Shown here piece by piece: positions 49,935 through 63,052 of a DNA stretch of 64,000 bases; the stretch's first letter is position 1, and each line of letters opens with the position of its first letter. The position numbers and the translations under genes are program-made. This stretch comes from Chiloscyllium plagiosum. Lineage: Eukaryota. The stretch lies in NCBI RefSeq assembly GCF_004010195.1, contig NC_057719.1, positions 80,054,709-80,118,708 of the forward strand, in the 5' to 3' direction. The notes below the pieces were generated by a model that was given only the letters and a program-made list of their open reading frames with translations, did no database searches and had not been told where the DNA came from.

Positions 49935-51222
49935 ACGTATTCTTTTGGTCTGTCTGTATGCAAAATACAAGGTTCTGTGTATTAATATGTAGCTTCTGGT
50001 ATCTGCAAATGTGTCATCCTGCAAATTGACCAGTCATCTTAAATTGGTTGTCAGCAATGCACAAACTGAATAATGAAAGTAAACCAGCAAATCCCCTGTC
50101 TGATTTCTCAACTAGGATATTGTAGAAAGGGGTTTCATTTGTCAGCTCCATTTCAAAGGTGAATTTGAGTGCAGCTTGAAGCCTATTAAGAAGTGGATGG
50201 AAACTTTAGATATGTAGCTGCAGATCCAAATATAGCAAGTAAATCATCTACATATTGAAAATTAGCATGGGTTGAAAGTTTAGACATCATTGCGTCTAAC
50301 CACTTTTTGTTTTAAATGAGCCCACCAAAGATATTTGCAAGATAGGGCCTCATAGGGATTCAGTGACAACACCATCTATGTGGGCATATAGGGTGTTAAA
50401 ATTAAACTCGACTGCATAGGTTGCTGGGTTCATAATTTCAGTGAATGTTGATTCTCATATGATGTCAGGTCTAGATTGCTGCATCGCACTCTCCTTGAGT
50501 GGTACACTGGGGGATAGGCTAGCAATGTCAAATAGACATTGTATTACTTTTGATGTAGTAATTTGCTGAGCTGTTTGGCTGGTTCCTGTTGAGCAGAGCC
50601 AGTTGTAGAAAAGATTGAGTGCATTACTTTTGTGTCTTGGGTATCCCGTTTGAATGTAGATTAAACTAATTTTGCCTGTGCTACTCAGCCTCTGAAGCTG
50701 GCCAGGGTTATGATTACCTTTTGGACATTTTAGTTTGAGAAGGCCAAGCCAGATGAAACAAACTTGTGCACTCCAAATCTTTACTGTGCTGTTGTGCAAA
50801 TTACTTGCACTGAACCCCTGATTAACTGAGTGCTGAGTTTGTAATGCTAAACTGATTGTATTAGTGTTGTTTGTCTAAATATAATGGCCTACGTTTCCAT
50901 CCGCCTCTTAATTAGTACATTGGGTTATTGACATACTGCCCTTGGAAAAAGAGGAAGGTGACAATGTAGAAAAGCAATCCATAATCATCTACTGGTATTT
51001 AGAGTACAAAGTGGAGTACCCCATTCTGTAAGGTTGACTAACCAACTGTTAATTTTTTTTTGGTAAAAGTAAGCTGTTAATGAATTCTAACTATATATCA
51101 TTGTTGTATCTAATTATGACAATGAGTGGAAAGGGAAAGAAAAAATTGCACAAAGCTTTGCACTATATACAACCTTTTGAGATTTGTCCATTTAACCTGG
51201 CTCGTCTGTCTTCATTCCTTAG

Positions 51223-51394
51223 GTTTTATGAAGGCTCTGCATGCCCCAGTGGTGACGGTTTAGTAAAGCTCACGGATTTTGCCCACAGCTTGGACCTGAA
51301 GCTGCAGTCTGGTGTCGTCACGTTTATGAAGTTTCCTACAATGCAATCACTATCAAATAAAGAGCTCCTGTTTGGGTGCACGAATGCCTACCAG
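51223..51394 (+). CDS. BUB1B: BUB1B exon with DFG-equivalent (KLTDFAHSLDLKLQ...AYQ)
   Basis: ttccttag acceptor, CAG|gtaaac donor; aligns with human KIVDFSYSVDLRVQ. Confidence 0.95.
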
Positions 51395-51607
51395 GTAAAC
51401 TGCTGTTAGGGCACTAATTGATCTAATACACAATGTATTACCACTTTCTCTGCTATTTAATAAACGCTATCGGGCTAGTGCACAATGATCATCTTGCTCA
51501 GCAGGATTGATCTGATGCAGGTTTATTCTGCTTTGGAGTTAAGACGTGAGCTTTTTATTTTTTCACCAATGTTTTTCTTTCCTTTTCCACTCCTCAACTT
51601 CTAATGT

Positions 51608-51910
51608 GGCGGCACGGTGGCACAGTGGTTAGCACTGTTGCCTCACAGCGCCAGAGACCCAGGTTCATTTCCCGCCTCAGGCAACTGTCTGTGTGGAGTT
51701 TGCACATTTCTCCCAGTGTCTTTGTGGGTTTCCTCCCACAGTCCAAAAATGTGCAGGTTAGGTGAATTGGCCATGCTAAATTGCCCATAGTATTAGGTGA
51801 AGGGGTAAATGTATAGGATTGGGTCTGGGTGGGTTGCTCTCCGGAGGGTCGGTGTGGACTTGTTGGGCCGAAGGGCCTGTTTCCACACTGTAAATAAGTA
51901 ATCTAATCTA
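51608..51910 (+). mobile_element. HE1-type V-SINE, near full length
   Basis: tRNA-derived head (A box tggcacagtggttagc, B box ggttcatttcc), V-domain, (ATCTA)n tail. Confidence 0.92.
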
Positions 51911-52599
51911 TAACATAGTGATATATAGCTACAATTCATTAACAGCTTACTTTACCTAGCAAGCCTCAAAGACCAATCAAGTTGTCAACTTTGATAAAAT
52001 AGGGTACCCCACTTTGTACTCCAAATACCAGTAAATGGTGATTATGGACTGCTTTTCTACACTTTCACCTTCCTCTTTTTGCAAGGTTAATGTGTTGTTC
52101 CCGACTAGTGAAATGCTACTTGTTAAACTAAACCAGGGCATTTTTCATCTGCATGACTAATTATCAAACTCCATTTGAGTGGTAATAATTGAGTGACTGT
52201 CACTTGAAAAAGAGTAAATATTGAGCATTGCGTTGCTGTTTGTATGGTTTTTGTTGTGTGCATTTTGTTTGCTTCATTTCATACATTGCAAGGACTGCAA
52301 CTTATGCCACCGCCACCTTCCCTAGGGTCAGTCATGATGGATGATAAAAACTGGCCTTATGTATAGCATTTGCATTCTATAAATTCATGAATGTTTTAAA
52401 AACTAAATTTTCCATGCAGAATCCCTGATAGAAGGGGAGTGGCAGTGTAGTGGTTATATTACTTATTTAATCCAGAGGCCTACACTAAGTTCTGGAGACC
52501 AGAATTAAAATCTCACCATGACATCTGGAGAGACTTGAATTTGGTTTAATGTGGAATTGTAGGATAATCCCTTTAATAATCATAAACCGTGGAAGACAC

Positions 52600-54152
52600 C
52601 TAAATTATTTAATATGGAGAAAAATAAATAGTAACTATCACTAAAGAACAATTGCTAAGGAAACTAAATGGGTCTAAAGACTAAGTCTCCTAGACATGAT
52701 ACGATGCATCCTAGATATTGAAAGAAGTAGTTGCAGAGATAATGGATACGCTGGTTGTAATCTTCTAAAAATCCTTTAATTTAGGACAAGTCCAAGAGCA
52801 TTGGTAATTTTCCAATGTAACACTTTTTATTTGAAAGGGGGAACATAAAAGCAAATAAGTTAGGCCATTTAGTGCCTAACTTTAATTGGGAAATAGATAA
52901 TATGATCACAGTCAGCATGGCTTCATGAAAGGAAATCATGCTTGACAAATTTATTAAAATTCTTTGAATGGTAACATAGTATAGATAAGGGGGAAGTAGT
53001 AGATCTAATTTATTTAGATTTTCTAAAGGCATTTGATAAGGTACCACATTTTGGGCTACTTGATAAAATGAGAACCCGTGGTGTCAGAAGTAGAGGATTT
53101 TGTATCTAATAGAAGATCAAGTCAGGATAAGGGGAAGGGGGCATTTTCAGGATGGCGACCCACAACTAATGGAGTGCCACAGGGATTAGTTATTTACATT
53201 TAAGGACATGGATGAGGAAAGTGAATGTACTATAGCCGTGTTTCCAATTGACACAGCTGGGAAGACAAGTGGATATAGACAAGGTTAAGTGAGTGGGCAA
53301 AAAACTGGCTGATGGGAATATATTGTGGGGAAAATGTTATGATGCTCTTTGGCAGAAAAAAATAGAGATGAATGTTAAATAGAGAAATCCTGTAGAAAGT
53401 ACAATGCAGGAATATTTATGCATGCATTAAACTTGTAAACTAGTTTTTATTTTAACAGGTAATTGCGAAAGGGATATGGAATATCGTCCTTTTTATTGAG
53501 TATAAAAATGAGAAAGCTTTGCTTAAACTATGCAAGGAGAAAGTGAGGGCTGCAGATGCTGGAGATCAGAGCTGAAAATGTGTTACTGGAAAAGCGCAGC
53601 AGGTCAGGCAGCATCCAAGGAACAGGAGAATCGATGTTTCGGGCATAAGCCCTTCTTCCTGAAGAAGGGCTTATGCCCGAAACGTCGATTCTCCTGTTCC
53701 TTGGATGCTGCGTGACCTGCTGCGCTTTTCCAACAACACATTTTAAACTATACAAGGCAGATTTGGGCTCCTTATCTAAGGAAAAATATACTCTCATTAG
53801 AGGCACTCCCAAAAATTTTCACTGGGTTAAAATGGGATATGGAGGAACTTTGCAGGAGAGGTTGAGTAGATTGGGTCTGTACTGATTTGAAGTTTACAAG
53901 AATAAGAGGTGATGGTATTGAAATACACACAATTCTTAGGGGACTTGATAGGGTAGAAGCAGAAAGATTGTTCCCTCCTCGTGTGACATTGAGAGACCAG
54001 GCTGAGAGAGATTTTTAATTCGTAAGGGACTCGAAGGTTCTGAGGAAAAGGCATGAAAGTGGAATTGAGGATTATCAGATCAGCCACGATCTCATTGAAT
54101 GACAAGTAGACTTGATGGGTTGAATGGCCTATGTCTACAAGATCTTATGATC
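52600..54152 (+). mobile_element. Decayed CR1 LINE with nested PLE palindrome
   Basis: tatttagattttctaaaggcatttgataaggtacca (YLDFLKAFDKVP); CR1 tail near 54080-54150. Confidence 0.82.
53538..53742. mobile_element. Palindromic PLE-derived element, family A, sense hammerhead core at 53659-53686
   Basis: Inverted arms; TSD TTAAACTAT(G/A)CAAGG (53523-53537, 53743-53757). Confidence 0.88.
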
Positions 54153-54517
54153 TTAAACTGCAGGATTGCCCTGAAAACCTATCTGGCTCACTCATGTCCT
54201 TCAAGAAGGAAACCTGCCAAACATACCCAGTTTGGCTTGTGACTCCAAATCTACTAATGTGGTTGATTTTTGGTATCCTCTGAAATGTCCTGGTAAGAAA
54301 CTTCACAGACTCAAACCATCTCTAGCGACAAGTGACATTTCACCAGCCTCCATAGCCTAAATTAGGCCTGGTGTGATCTGATAGAAACTGGCTTAGTCAT
54401 TGCATTTTTCATAAGTGAAACTGTTGAAGCGTAACAATGTCATTATGTATATCTTTGTGTATTGTTCAATCTGGCTGAGGTTAACTAACCAGCGGTGCTG
54501 TACAGCATTAAAAATGT

Positions 54518-55147
54518 CATGTTCGCCAAGCTGGGAGGTCGATTTGCAGATCGATTTTGTCTCGGTGACATATTCAATGCTTTGGCACCTCCTGTAAAGC
54601 AGTGCTGTACTGTCTTCTGGAATTTATTTGGTTCCATTTCTGCTGCTTCCGGTTGTCTGTTCCGGTTGTTCGTTGTAGTGACTGGCCTATTGGGTCTAGG
54701 TCAATGTGCTTGTCGATGGGGTCCGTGGCCGACTGCCATGCTTCTAGAAATTCTCTGGCTAACTTTTGTTTAGCTTGTCCTATGATTGTTGTGTTGTCCC
54801 AGTCAAATATGTGGTCCTTGTCATCTGTATGTCTGGCTACTAGGGACATAGGTCATGGCATTTAGTGGCTAGTTGTGTCCATGAATGCAGATTGCTAGTT
54901 GGTTGTCTGTTTGTCCTGTATAATGATTTGTGCAGTATACCGGCCACTACAATGAACAACTGGAAGCAGCAGAAATTGAACCAAATACATTCCAGACGAG
55001 ACAGTACAGCAGTGTCAGAGTGCTCCAAAACACTGAAGGTGTCACCTGGATGGGACGAAATGTCTGCAAATTAACTTCCCAGCTCTGTGAACGTACCCAC
55101 AACCACGACAACCCACATCTGAGCTACATATCTTTACACAAATCTTG
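54518..55147. mobile_element. Penelope-like element, family B, inverted structure
   Basis: Minus ORF SLVARHTDDKDHIFDWDNTTIIGQAKQKLAREFLEAW (GIY-YIG C-terminus); 14-bp TSD AGCATTAAAAATGT (54504-54517, 55148-55161). Confidence 0.85.
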
Positions 55148-55309
55148 AGCATTAAAAATGTATCTGTTATCTAACAATATGTTAATATGCATTTTTAGAG
55201 ATATAAGTGACCACTTGCCCAAGAGACCATCTTGGGAGTGAGCTCTGAGTCTTTACAGCCTTTGTAGCCAAAATGTGTGGAACTCTCATTGATTTTTGCA
55301 TGTTTTATT

Positions 55310-56520
55310 GACCATTTTAATTTTTTCACCTCTCACCTTGAAAGCGTGACCCCTCGTTATTGAAACCTTCACCCTGGGAAAAAACTTATCTCTAATCTAC
55401 CATGTCGATACCCTTCATGATTTTGTAAACCTCAATCAGGTTTCCCCCCCCAAACTCCCTTTTTTTCTAATGAAAAAAATTCTAACCTACACAACTTCTC
55501 TTCATAGGTAGCACCTTCCATACCAGGCAACATCCTCGTAAACCTTCTCTGCACCCTCTCCAAAGCATCCACATCCTTTTGGTAATGTGGCGACCAGAAC
55601 TATATATAGTACTCTAAATGCGGCCAAACCAATGTCTTGTACAATTTTAATATGACCGGCCAGCTCTTATGCTCAATACCCCATCCAATGAAGGCAGGCA
55701 TACCATATGCCTTCTTGACCACTTTATCCACCTGTGCAGCAACCTTCAGGGTACAATGGACCTGCACTCCCAGATCTGTCTGCTCATCAACTTTTCCCAA
55801 GGCTCTTCCATTTACTGTATAATTCGCTCTAGAATTAGACTTCCCAAAATTCATCACCTCATATTTGCATGGATTGAATTCCACCAGCCACTTCTCCACC
55901 CAACTCTCCAGTCTATCTATACTCTCCTATATTCTTTGACAGTCCCCTATGCTTTCTGCTCCTCCTCCAATCTTCGTGTCATCTGCAAACTTGCTGATCA
56001 TACCAACAGTGCCCTCTTCCAGATAATTTATGTATATTACAAACAGCAGTGGCCTCGGCACTGATCCCTGTGGAACACCACTGGTCACCTTTCTCCTTTT
56101 CGAGAAACTCCCTTCAACTACTACTGTTTCCTGTTGCTCAACCAGTTCTTTATCCACCTAGCTAAACACCCTGCACACCATGTGATTTTCCATAAGGTTT
56201 CCCTGGTAAACTAATCAAACGTCTTATTAAAGTCCATGTATATAACATCTACAGCTCTTCCTTCATTTATCAACTTAGTCACTTCCTCAAAGAACTCTGT
56301 TGGTAAGGCACAATCTCCCCTGCACAAAACCATGTTGCCTATCACTGATAAGCCCATTCTTTTCCAAATATAAAGAGATTTTATCTCTCAGTATCTTTTC
56401 CAGCAACTTTCCCACCACTGACGTCAGGCTCACTGGTCTGCAGTTACCCGGAATATCCCTACCACCCTTCTTGTACAGGGGGACAACATGAGCAGTCCTC
56501 CAGCACCTCACCTGTGTTTT
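55310..56520 (-). mobile_element. CR1 LINE RT fragment
   Basis: Minus ORFs with RPVSLTSVVGKLLE, SGVPQGSV, SKFADDTK. Confidence 0.92.
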
Positions 56521-57668
56521 GAATACAGTGACCCTCCTTTAGGACTGATTTATAGCTACCTATCATTTACTCCTCCCACCACCTTATCTTCAGCATACTC
56601 CATCCTTTTCAGAGCTATAATCAGTTAAACTTGGTTTAAAGTTTAGTTGTATCATCATTAAATTTTAATACAGTTACTTGCTATTCATTCTTTAGTCTGG
56701 ATCCATTTTCGAGAGCCCAGATCGAGAGTCCAGATGTAACTAATTGTCTTCAGACGGGGTGATCCAAATCTGTCCAATGTCTCTTTTATAGTTAATACAC
56801 TCTAATTCTAGCAGCATCCTGGTAAATCTTGCGCCCTCTTGTAGCACAATGTTAAGAGTTCCCTACCCTGGACCAAGAGGCCTGCGTTCAAGCCCCACCT
56901 GCTTCAGAGGTGTATCAATATCTCTGAACAGATTGATTAGAAAAATAGATTAGTAAAAAAAAAATTAAAGTAAGAGCTCTTTTTTTTAAAAAAAGGAAGT
57001 GGGCTTTTGCAGGAGGTCCAGGTTCAAGACCCACCTGAAAAGTAGTGATTGAATAATTAGCTAATTCTGTTCACAGGTGAAGAACCAGTCTCTTGGATAA
57101 GTTGCTCTGTGTAGTTTAATGCAAAAGTATTAAATTAGAGGTGAGATTAAGGTAATTTTAACATTGACATCAGTATCAGTGTTCGGACTCCGAAGAGATG
57201 GAATAATTGTACTAAAAGCTCTGTGATGCAAACTTTTGTGTTATCTACAATAACATAAATAAAAGTTTTAACTGGAGTTGCAAATTGTCAGACAATAGTC
57301 AGACCTCAGGCGAAGACAAAAATGTTGCCTACTATTAGCGACAGTGTAGTTTAAGAGCAGCCTTGGTTCACGACCAAACAGTGATTCAAACCTCACAGCA
57401 TTATCAACAACATGGTGTCAGCTCCAACCACCTGAGAGCATCAACAACCGAAGATTGAAAATGTATCTGCAAAAAAACTAGTTAGATAAAGCTGAATATC
57501 TTTATAGTAACCAGAAAAGTGTGTTTACTGATGCCTTAACTTTGCAGCTCAAAATAAATGCCTCAACTTATAGATGTAGAAACTAGGCAGCTACTTACAA
57601 ACTGTCATTGTTAATAGCCAACTGTCTGGTCTATGCTCTAACTTCAGTCCTCACATTGGCTATTGCAG

Positions 57669-57775
57669 GTTGATCTCCTTGGGATTGCAAACACTGTGCA
57701 TTTTCTGTTGTTTGGAGGTGAGATAGATGTCAGCAAACAGGGTTCACTGTGGACTCTTGGACCTACATCCTCCAG
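57669..57775 (+). CDS. BUB1B: BUB1B penultimate exon (VDLLGIANTVHFLLFG...)
   Basis: ttgcag acceptor, AG|gtattt donor; aligns with VDLFGIADLAHLLLF. Confidence 0.95.
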
Positions 57776-58691
57776 GTATTTTAATTTTTTTTGTACTGTA
57801 CACTGTTTCTAAATGGAATGGAAAATCAAATGAGTTTAGTTTGTGTTGCTGGCAAGTTGAGTCTATTATTAATGACCTATAAATTGAGCACTTCTGGTTT
57901 AAAATGGGCTGGACATTTTGCTGCAAGCACTTTGTGGTCCATCTTTAGTTTTCTTTTGGTATGCTCTCATACCACCCTACACTCCAGGAATTCCTAATGC
58001 TACTTGTAACGTTTGGATCAATTGGCCAAAGAGCTGATCTGATGCCTGCCAATGCAATTGCTCACAAGCTAAGTGTATAAGAAGCTTGGTGACTACTTGG
58101 CTAAAGCAGAAACACCAACCCTTCCCTTTAACACCTACATCAGGAATTTCAAGCACTGGGAATTTAAATCTTTTTTTTACCCCTTCCACCACATCAATAT
58201 GTGACATTCCTCATTGGTGTCTTAAATTGTTTTAGCTCGTGTTTGTTTTGCAGCCAATCCACTTTATTTGACAAATGGATGTAATTTTTAGCAGAGCTAG
58301 TACCCTGTTCCTAGAAATGCTTTATTGCAAAATGGTTTCAACTGAGTATTGCGTTCACCTCATGAGGCAGAAGGTTATAGGTTAAAACCTTAATCTGTGC
58401 TGACACTACAATGGGAAATAGAGCCACCTGTCTAAAGTGCCACCTTTCTGAAGTCCTGTGTGTTCCCTTAGGTGAATTTAATAAAAGTATTTCAAAAGAG
58501 TAGGGCAGTTCACTCTTGCTATCCTAATATCTCGACCATTACCACTGAAACAGCTTGGCTAGTGATTAATTCAGTGGATCCCACATTTCCCTACCTTGCT
58601 CTCGTTCAAATACTTAACTGGCTTCAAAGCAGTTTAGAATGTGAAACTTGTGAAAGGTGATGTATTCATTGGAGTCTTTATATTTTTACAG

Positions 58692-58866
58692 AATGGAATT
58701 GCTGTATCTGGAGTTATGGAACAATTTCTTTGAAAAGATTCTGAATACAGGAGGTGCATCCTCTGTCTCTACACTGAGTGATCTGCGACAGACAGTGACA
58801 GAAGTCATTGAACCAGATTATGAAATTCTGTATAATGATGCTTTCACACTAATGCCCCATGATTAG
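58692..58866 (+). CDS. BUB1B: BUB1B terminal coding exon (ELWNNFFEKILN...MPHD*)
   Basis: tttttacag acceptor; aligns with ELWNKFFVRILN; TAG stop ends at 58866. Confidence 0.95.
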
Positions 58867-58925
58867 TGAATGTAAGATTTTTTAAAATGCTACTGTTTCA
58901 GGATCCTATTTTTTTTCTTGTTTTG

Positions 58926-59003
58926 AATAAAGGTGTCCATATATGCTTTTAATTTTATTGTTGCAGTGATTACACCCAAGTGACCTACTTTTTTTATATT
59001 AAA
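58926..59003 (+). terminator. Candidate polyadenylation signals of BUB1B (AATAAA 58926-58931; ATTAAA 58998-59003)
   Basis: Hexamers 60 and ~130 nt after the stop; the second is followed by a GT/T-rich tract. Confidence 0.55.
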
Positions 59004-59437
59004 TAAGTGTTTTTGTTTCAACTAACTTTTTGCAAACTCTGGATTAAATCTCAGGACCTTTCAGGTCTGTGAAGTCCAGCTGCTTACTGCCAGAAATTTA
59101 CTGAGTTAATAAATCCTACAATATTTTCCCCATTTCCTTAACCTTGGTAAATACATTGATCTGGTTTGTAACAATTCACTAACTTTCTATGTTTTTTGAT
59201 ATCCTCACAAAATAATGGGTTAGACATTGCTATAAATACCAGACCATGATATTGATGCACCCTCTCTTCCTAATGTACAAAGCAGCTAATAAATTCAAGG
59301 GAATTTTTAAAAAATGCATTGCAAGTTCTGGAGATTCGCACTTTTCAATTTATTCTCTCAAGTGGGACCCCAACTTTGCCCCTGCTTTTATAATTTGTGC
59401 ATTAATTGACTATTAAACAAGGTGTAATTAACAGTGT

Positions 59438-60269
59438 GGAAAAAGTGAGGACTGCAGAGCTGATATGTGTTGCTGGAAAAGCGCAGCAGGTCAGGCAGCA
59501 TCCAAGGAGCAGGAGAATCGGCGTTTCGGGCATAAACCCTTCTTCAGGAATGAGGAGGGTGTGCCAAGCAGGCTAAGATAAAAGGTAGGGAGGAAGGATT
59601 TGGGGCAGGGGCTTTGGGAATGCGATAGGTGGAAGGAGGTTAAGGTGAGAGTGATAGGGCGGAGAGGTCGGGAAGAAGATTGCAGGTCAAGAAGGCGGTG
59701 CGGAGTCCGAGGGTTGGGACTGAGATAAGGTGGGGGGTGGGGAAATGAGGAAGCTGGAGAAATCTGCATTCATCCCTTGTGGTTGGAGGGTTCCTAGGTG
59801 GAAGATGAGGCGCTCTTCCTCCAGGCATCATGTTGCCATGGGCTGGTGATGGAGGCGACCAAGGACCTGCATGTCCTTGGTGGAGCGGGAGGGGGAGTTA
59901 GTGTTCAGCCACAGGGCAGTTGGGTTGGTTAGTTGGTGCGGGTGTCCCAGAGGTGTTCTCTGAAATGTTCCGCAAGTAGGCGGCCTGTCTCCCCAATGTA
60001 GAGGAGGCCACATCGGGTGCAGCGGATGCAATAAATGATGTGTGTGGAGGTGCAGGTGAATTTGTGACAGATATGGAAGGATTCCTTGGGGGGAGGTGTG
60101 GGTGCAAGTTTTGCATTTCTTGCAGTTGCAGGGGAAGGTGCCAGGAGTGGAGGTTGGGTTGGTGGGGGGTGTGGACCTGACGAGGGAGTCGCGGAGGGAG
60201 TGGTCTTTCCGGAACGCTGATAGGGGAGGGGTGGGAAATATATCCCTAGTGGTGGGGTCTATTTGGAGG
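59438..60269 (-). mobile_element. Penelope-like element, family A (Neptune-like), 5'-truncated, with GIY-YIG endonuclease remnant
   Basis: Minus strand encodes PCNCKKCKTC and IIYCIRCTRCGLLYIGETGR..EHFREH; TSD ATTAACAGTGT (59427-59437, 60270-60280). Confidence 0.9.
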
Positions 60270-62958
60270 ATTAACAGTGTATCCTTTTAAACAAGTGAAA
60301 TTTGTTAATGACTTCCAATCTATTTTTAACACTGACATTTATGAATTAATAATAGGTTATATATTGTCAAAATTTTAAATGTTTTCCTGTCTCCTTTTAT
60401 CCTCAATCTAGCTTTTTTGTCATTCATTTGTTTCTTTTTGCCTTTCCTTATTCCATCCTCTTCACCCTGCCCTCCTCTACACCAAACCACTCTTTATGAT
60501 AGGTTCCATAGCCTCACCACTTAGTGGGACCAATAAGGGTGATGCAGAGTTTCCCCCAATGCCATCTAACAAGGACTAATAGCAATGCTCTTTTTAAGGA
60601 CTTCCAATTAATCTGAAATGAGCAAGAGTCGTAGGGAGTTAGTGGATTTCATGTCTGAGCCTGAAGTTCACAGTTGAAATCTCCAGAAACTTGAGCACCT
60701 AATACAGAATTACAGTCCAGAGTAGGACAGAGAGCGTTCTGTGCTGTAAGATTGTTAGCTTTCAGAATGAGACTTTCAACCAAGTTTGTCTAGTCTTGAA
60801 TGAATGTAAAAGATGTCATGGCACTATTGTTGAAGAGCAGTATATTTCCTGCTGCTGATGAACGGCATTAATTCCTTAACCAATGCATTTTAAAGATTGC
60901 TTGTTTTTGCTTTTGTTTTCTCCCCCTCTTCCTTTACAGCTTGTCTAGCTGTACTTCAAGTGCAGCCATTGCAACTAGGACATATCATGGTACAAAAGCA
61001 GACAAGAGATATGTTTTGTCATTTAATTTCTCCTGTCCATTTTATTTCAGACCTTTCCTATTGCTCCTCTTGTCTCATCCACCCCACATAAATCTTTCAC
61101 TTGCTCAAGACCCATTGGATTTTTAATCTTGATTTAAAGCTCAAGACTGGAAATATGAAATTTCTCTCTCCATAGATGTCTGATCTGAGCTTTCCAGCAT
61201 TTACATTTCTGATCTCTAGTGTTTGCATTAGTGTTTCTGCAGATGTGAAGATTAGTTGGACATATACTTCAGTTGTGAACTGAGATGCACAGGATGCCTT
61301 TTGTTTGTTAAAACAGTTCAAAATAAATTGGCTGTCAAACTCTACTTTTCAGATGTAGATTTTGCTGGCTGGGCCAGCATTTCATCACCAATTTCTAGTT
61401 ACCCTTGGTGAGTTGCCACTTTGAACTGCTGATGTCCATTAATGCAGTGTATCTACAGTGCTCTTAGGGAATTCCTGGATTTTGAGGGAATTCTGACTTT
61501 GTCAAAGGTATGATACAAATGCAAGTCTTTATCTGTGTATACCAAAGGCCTAATGGCCATCCATCTTGTGCATGCAACAGGCCTGTTTGAGACTGTCCAA
61601 CTCTAAAGCATTTCAGGTGTCCCTTGAGGCACTGAACATAGCAGCTCTGTGAATCTTGGTGCTTTCTGATGCCCAGCAAAATCAAGGGGAGATGATGGAG
61701 TTGATTCCTCCATGCACCCTTGGCTGTTCAGACCTCTGATATGTTTGTGCTTCACATGAGCTTTCTCTTTTAAGTGGTGTACTGTTAGGCTGAAAATACT
61801 TAACAGGTTCTTTTAAGGTTTGATCAAATTGCTTACAAGAAGAAATGTGCTTCAGTATATGTAGCTAATTTATTAGCTTCATTTACTTTGTTTTGCATGA
61901 ACTGCATATCTAATGAGTGAAGCTATTGGCTTAAACTACTTCAGACATCTTTAACAAACGAGTCTCACTGTCTTATGCTGTCGCAGACTCCTAGGTGACA
62001 GCTGACACTCCAAGCTCAATCTCCGATTCCATGGCATGAGTTGTGTGAACCCCAGACCAATAGTTTGAAGTCCGTGGCCACGGTGTCTCAAATCCAGTCC
62101 AATCCTGAAAGTCCAAGTGGAACTGAGGCCCTAATATTGATGATATTCTGGATATGTGCTGATTCCCATTTCATAATAACTTCAGTACTTTTCCAGTCCT
62201 CAAATAGGTGGAAGACAAGTCCAGGTAGCCCTATAAGATCGCATAAGTGGATGGTTCCCATTGATGCTCACAGTCAGGCAGTTCTCCCCCCAGTCAAAAC
62301 CGCTTGCATTAGGCCTGTTTTTTGTGTACTTTTCAATTATTACTTCAATTGCTCATTGTCATGTCTACTTAACCCTTAACAACTAATCATTTTGATGGTC
62401 TGGTTTGAAGATATTTTGAGCCTAATAATACAATTAGATAATAGCTGTCCACATTCATTCATACCTACAGGCACCCTTTTTAATTTCTACTTTTATATAA
62501 AGAAGCACTTAGTCTCCATCTCTCCTGTTATACTTTACTTACTCTAATTCTACTTGCATACCTTATTGCTTTCTTTCCCATGTACTTAACCAACTTTCCC
62601 TTGAATGCACGTATACGGTTTGCCTCCAGATTCTATGTAGTATCATCTTTCAAATTCTCTCCACTTCAGAGTACAGAATTCTCTATTGAAGTTTTGGTCC
62701 CTATTAAGTCCAATATGGAGCACCTAAACTACCAAGACCCAATAATAAACATGAAAGACCCTTTCTGCTTTTTTTTTAGAAAATAGCCTAGCCTGTGTAG
62801 CTTTTCCTAATGAACATAACAACATTTCTCCTCCATTTTCGCAATTTTTGATTTTATAGTACCTTTAGCAAAATGTTGCACTTTATTTGCTCCCATGCCT
62901 ATAAATTAAATTTACCCACTTTCCATGACTTAATATCTACTTGTGTGTTTCAATATCG

Positions 62959-63052
62959 GATTAGATTAGATTAGATTACTTAGTGTGGAAACAGGCTCTT
63001 CGGCCCAACAAGTCCACACCACCCTGCCAAAGCGCAACCCACCCATACCCCT
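62959..63052 (-). mobile_element. HE1 SINE 3' fragment
   Basis: (TTAGA)n tail plus reverse complement of ~51820-51900. Confidence 0.85.

Larger units (their letters stand above)
50940..52086. repeat. Long inverted repeat flanking BUB1B exon 51223-51394
   Basis: 50940-51101 pairs with 51918-52086, and 51124-51148 pairs with ~51566-51592. Confidence 0.9.
304..58866 (+). other. BUB1B: BUB1B (BUBR1) gene, 3' portion: 17 coding exons, 5' end outside window
   Basis: The spliced frame is open across 17 GT-AG exons with matching phases. It contains [53 protein letters not shown] and VPWDFYIN, which match human BUBR1 as I recall it. PWDFY, the missing Gly-loop and the KARD favour BUBR1 over BUB1. 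Confidence 0.95.

Noticed and set aside
51608..51680. tRNA-like sequence
   Set aside because: It is the tRNA-derived head of a V-SINE, continuous with the V-domain and tail
42577..58866. Assignment as BUB1 or as a pseudogene
   Set aside because: Motifs (PWDFY, FSIFDE, KARD, lost Gly-loop) match BUBR1; frame and splice sites are intact throughout, so only catalysis appears lost
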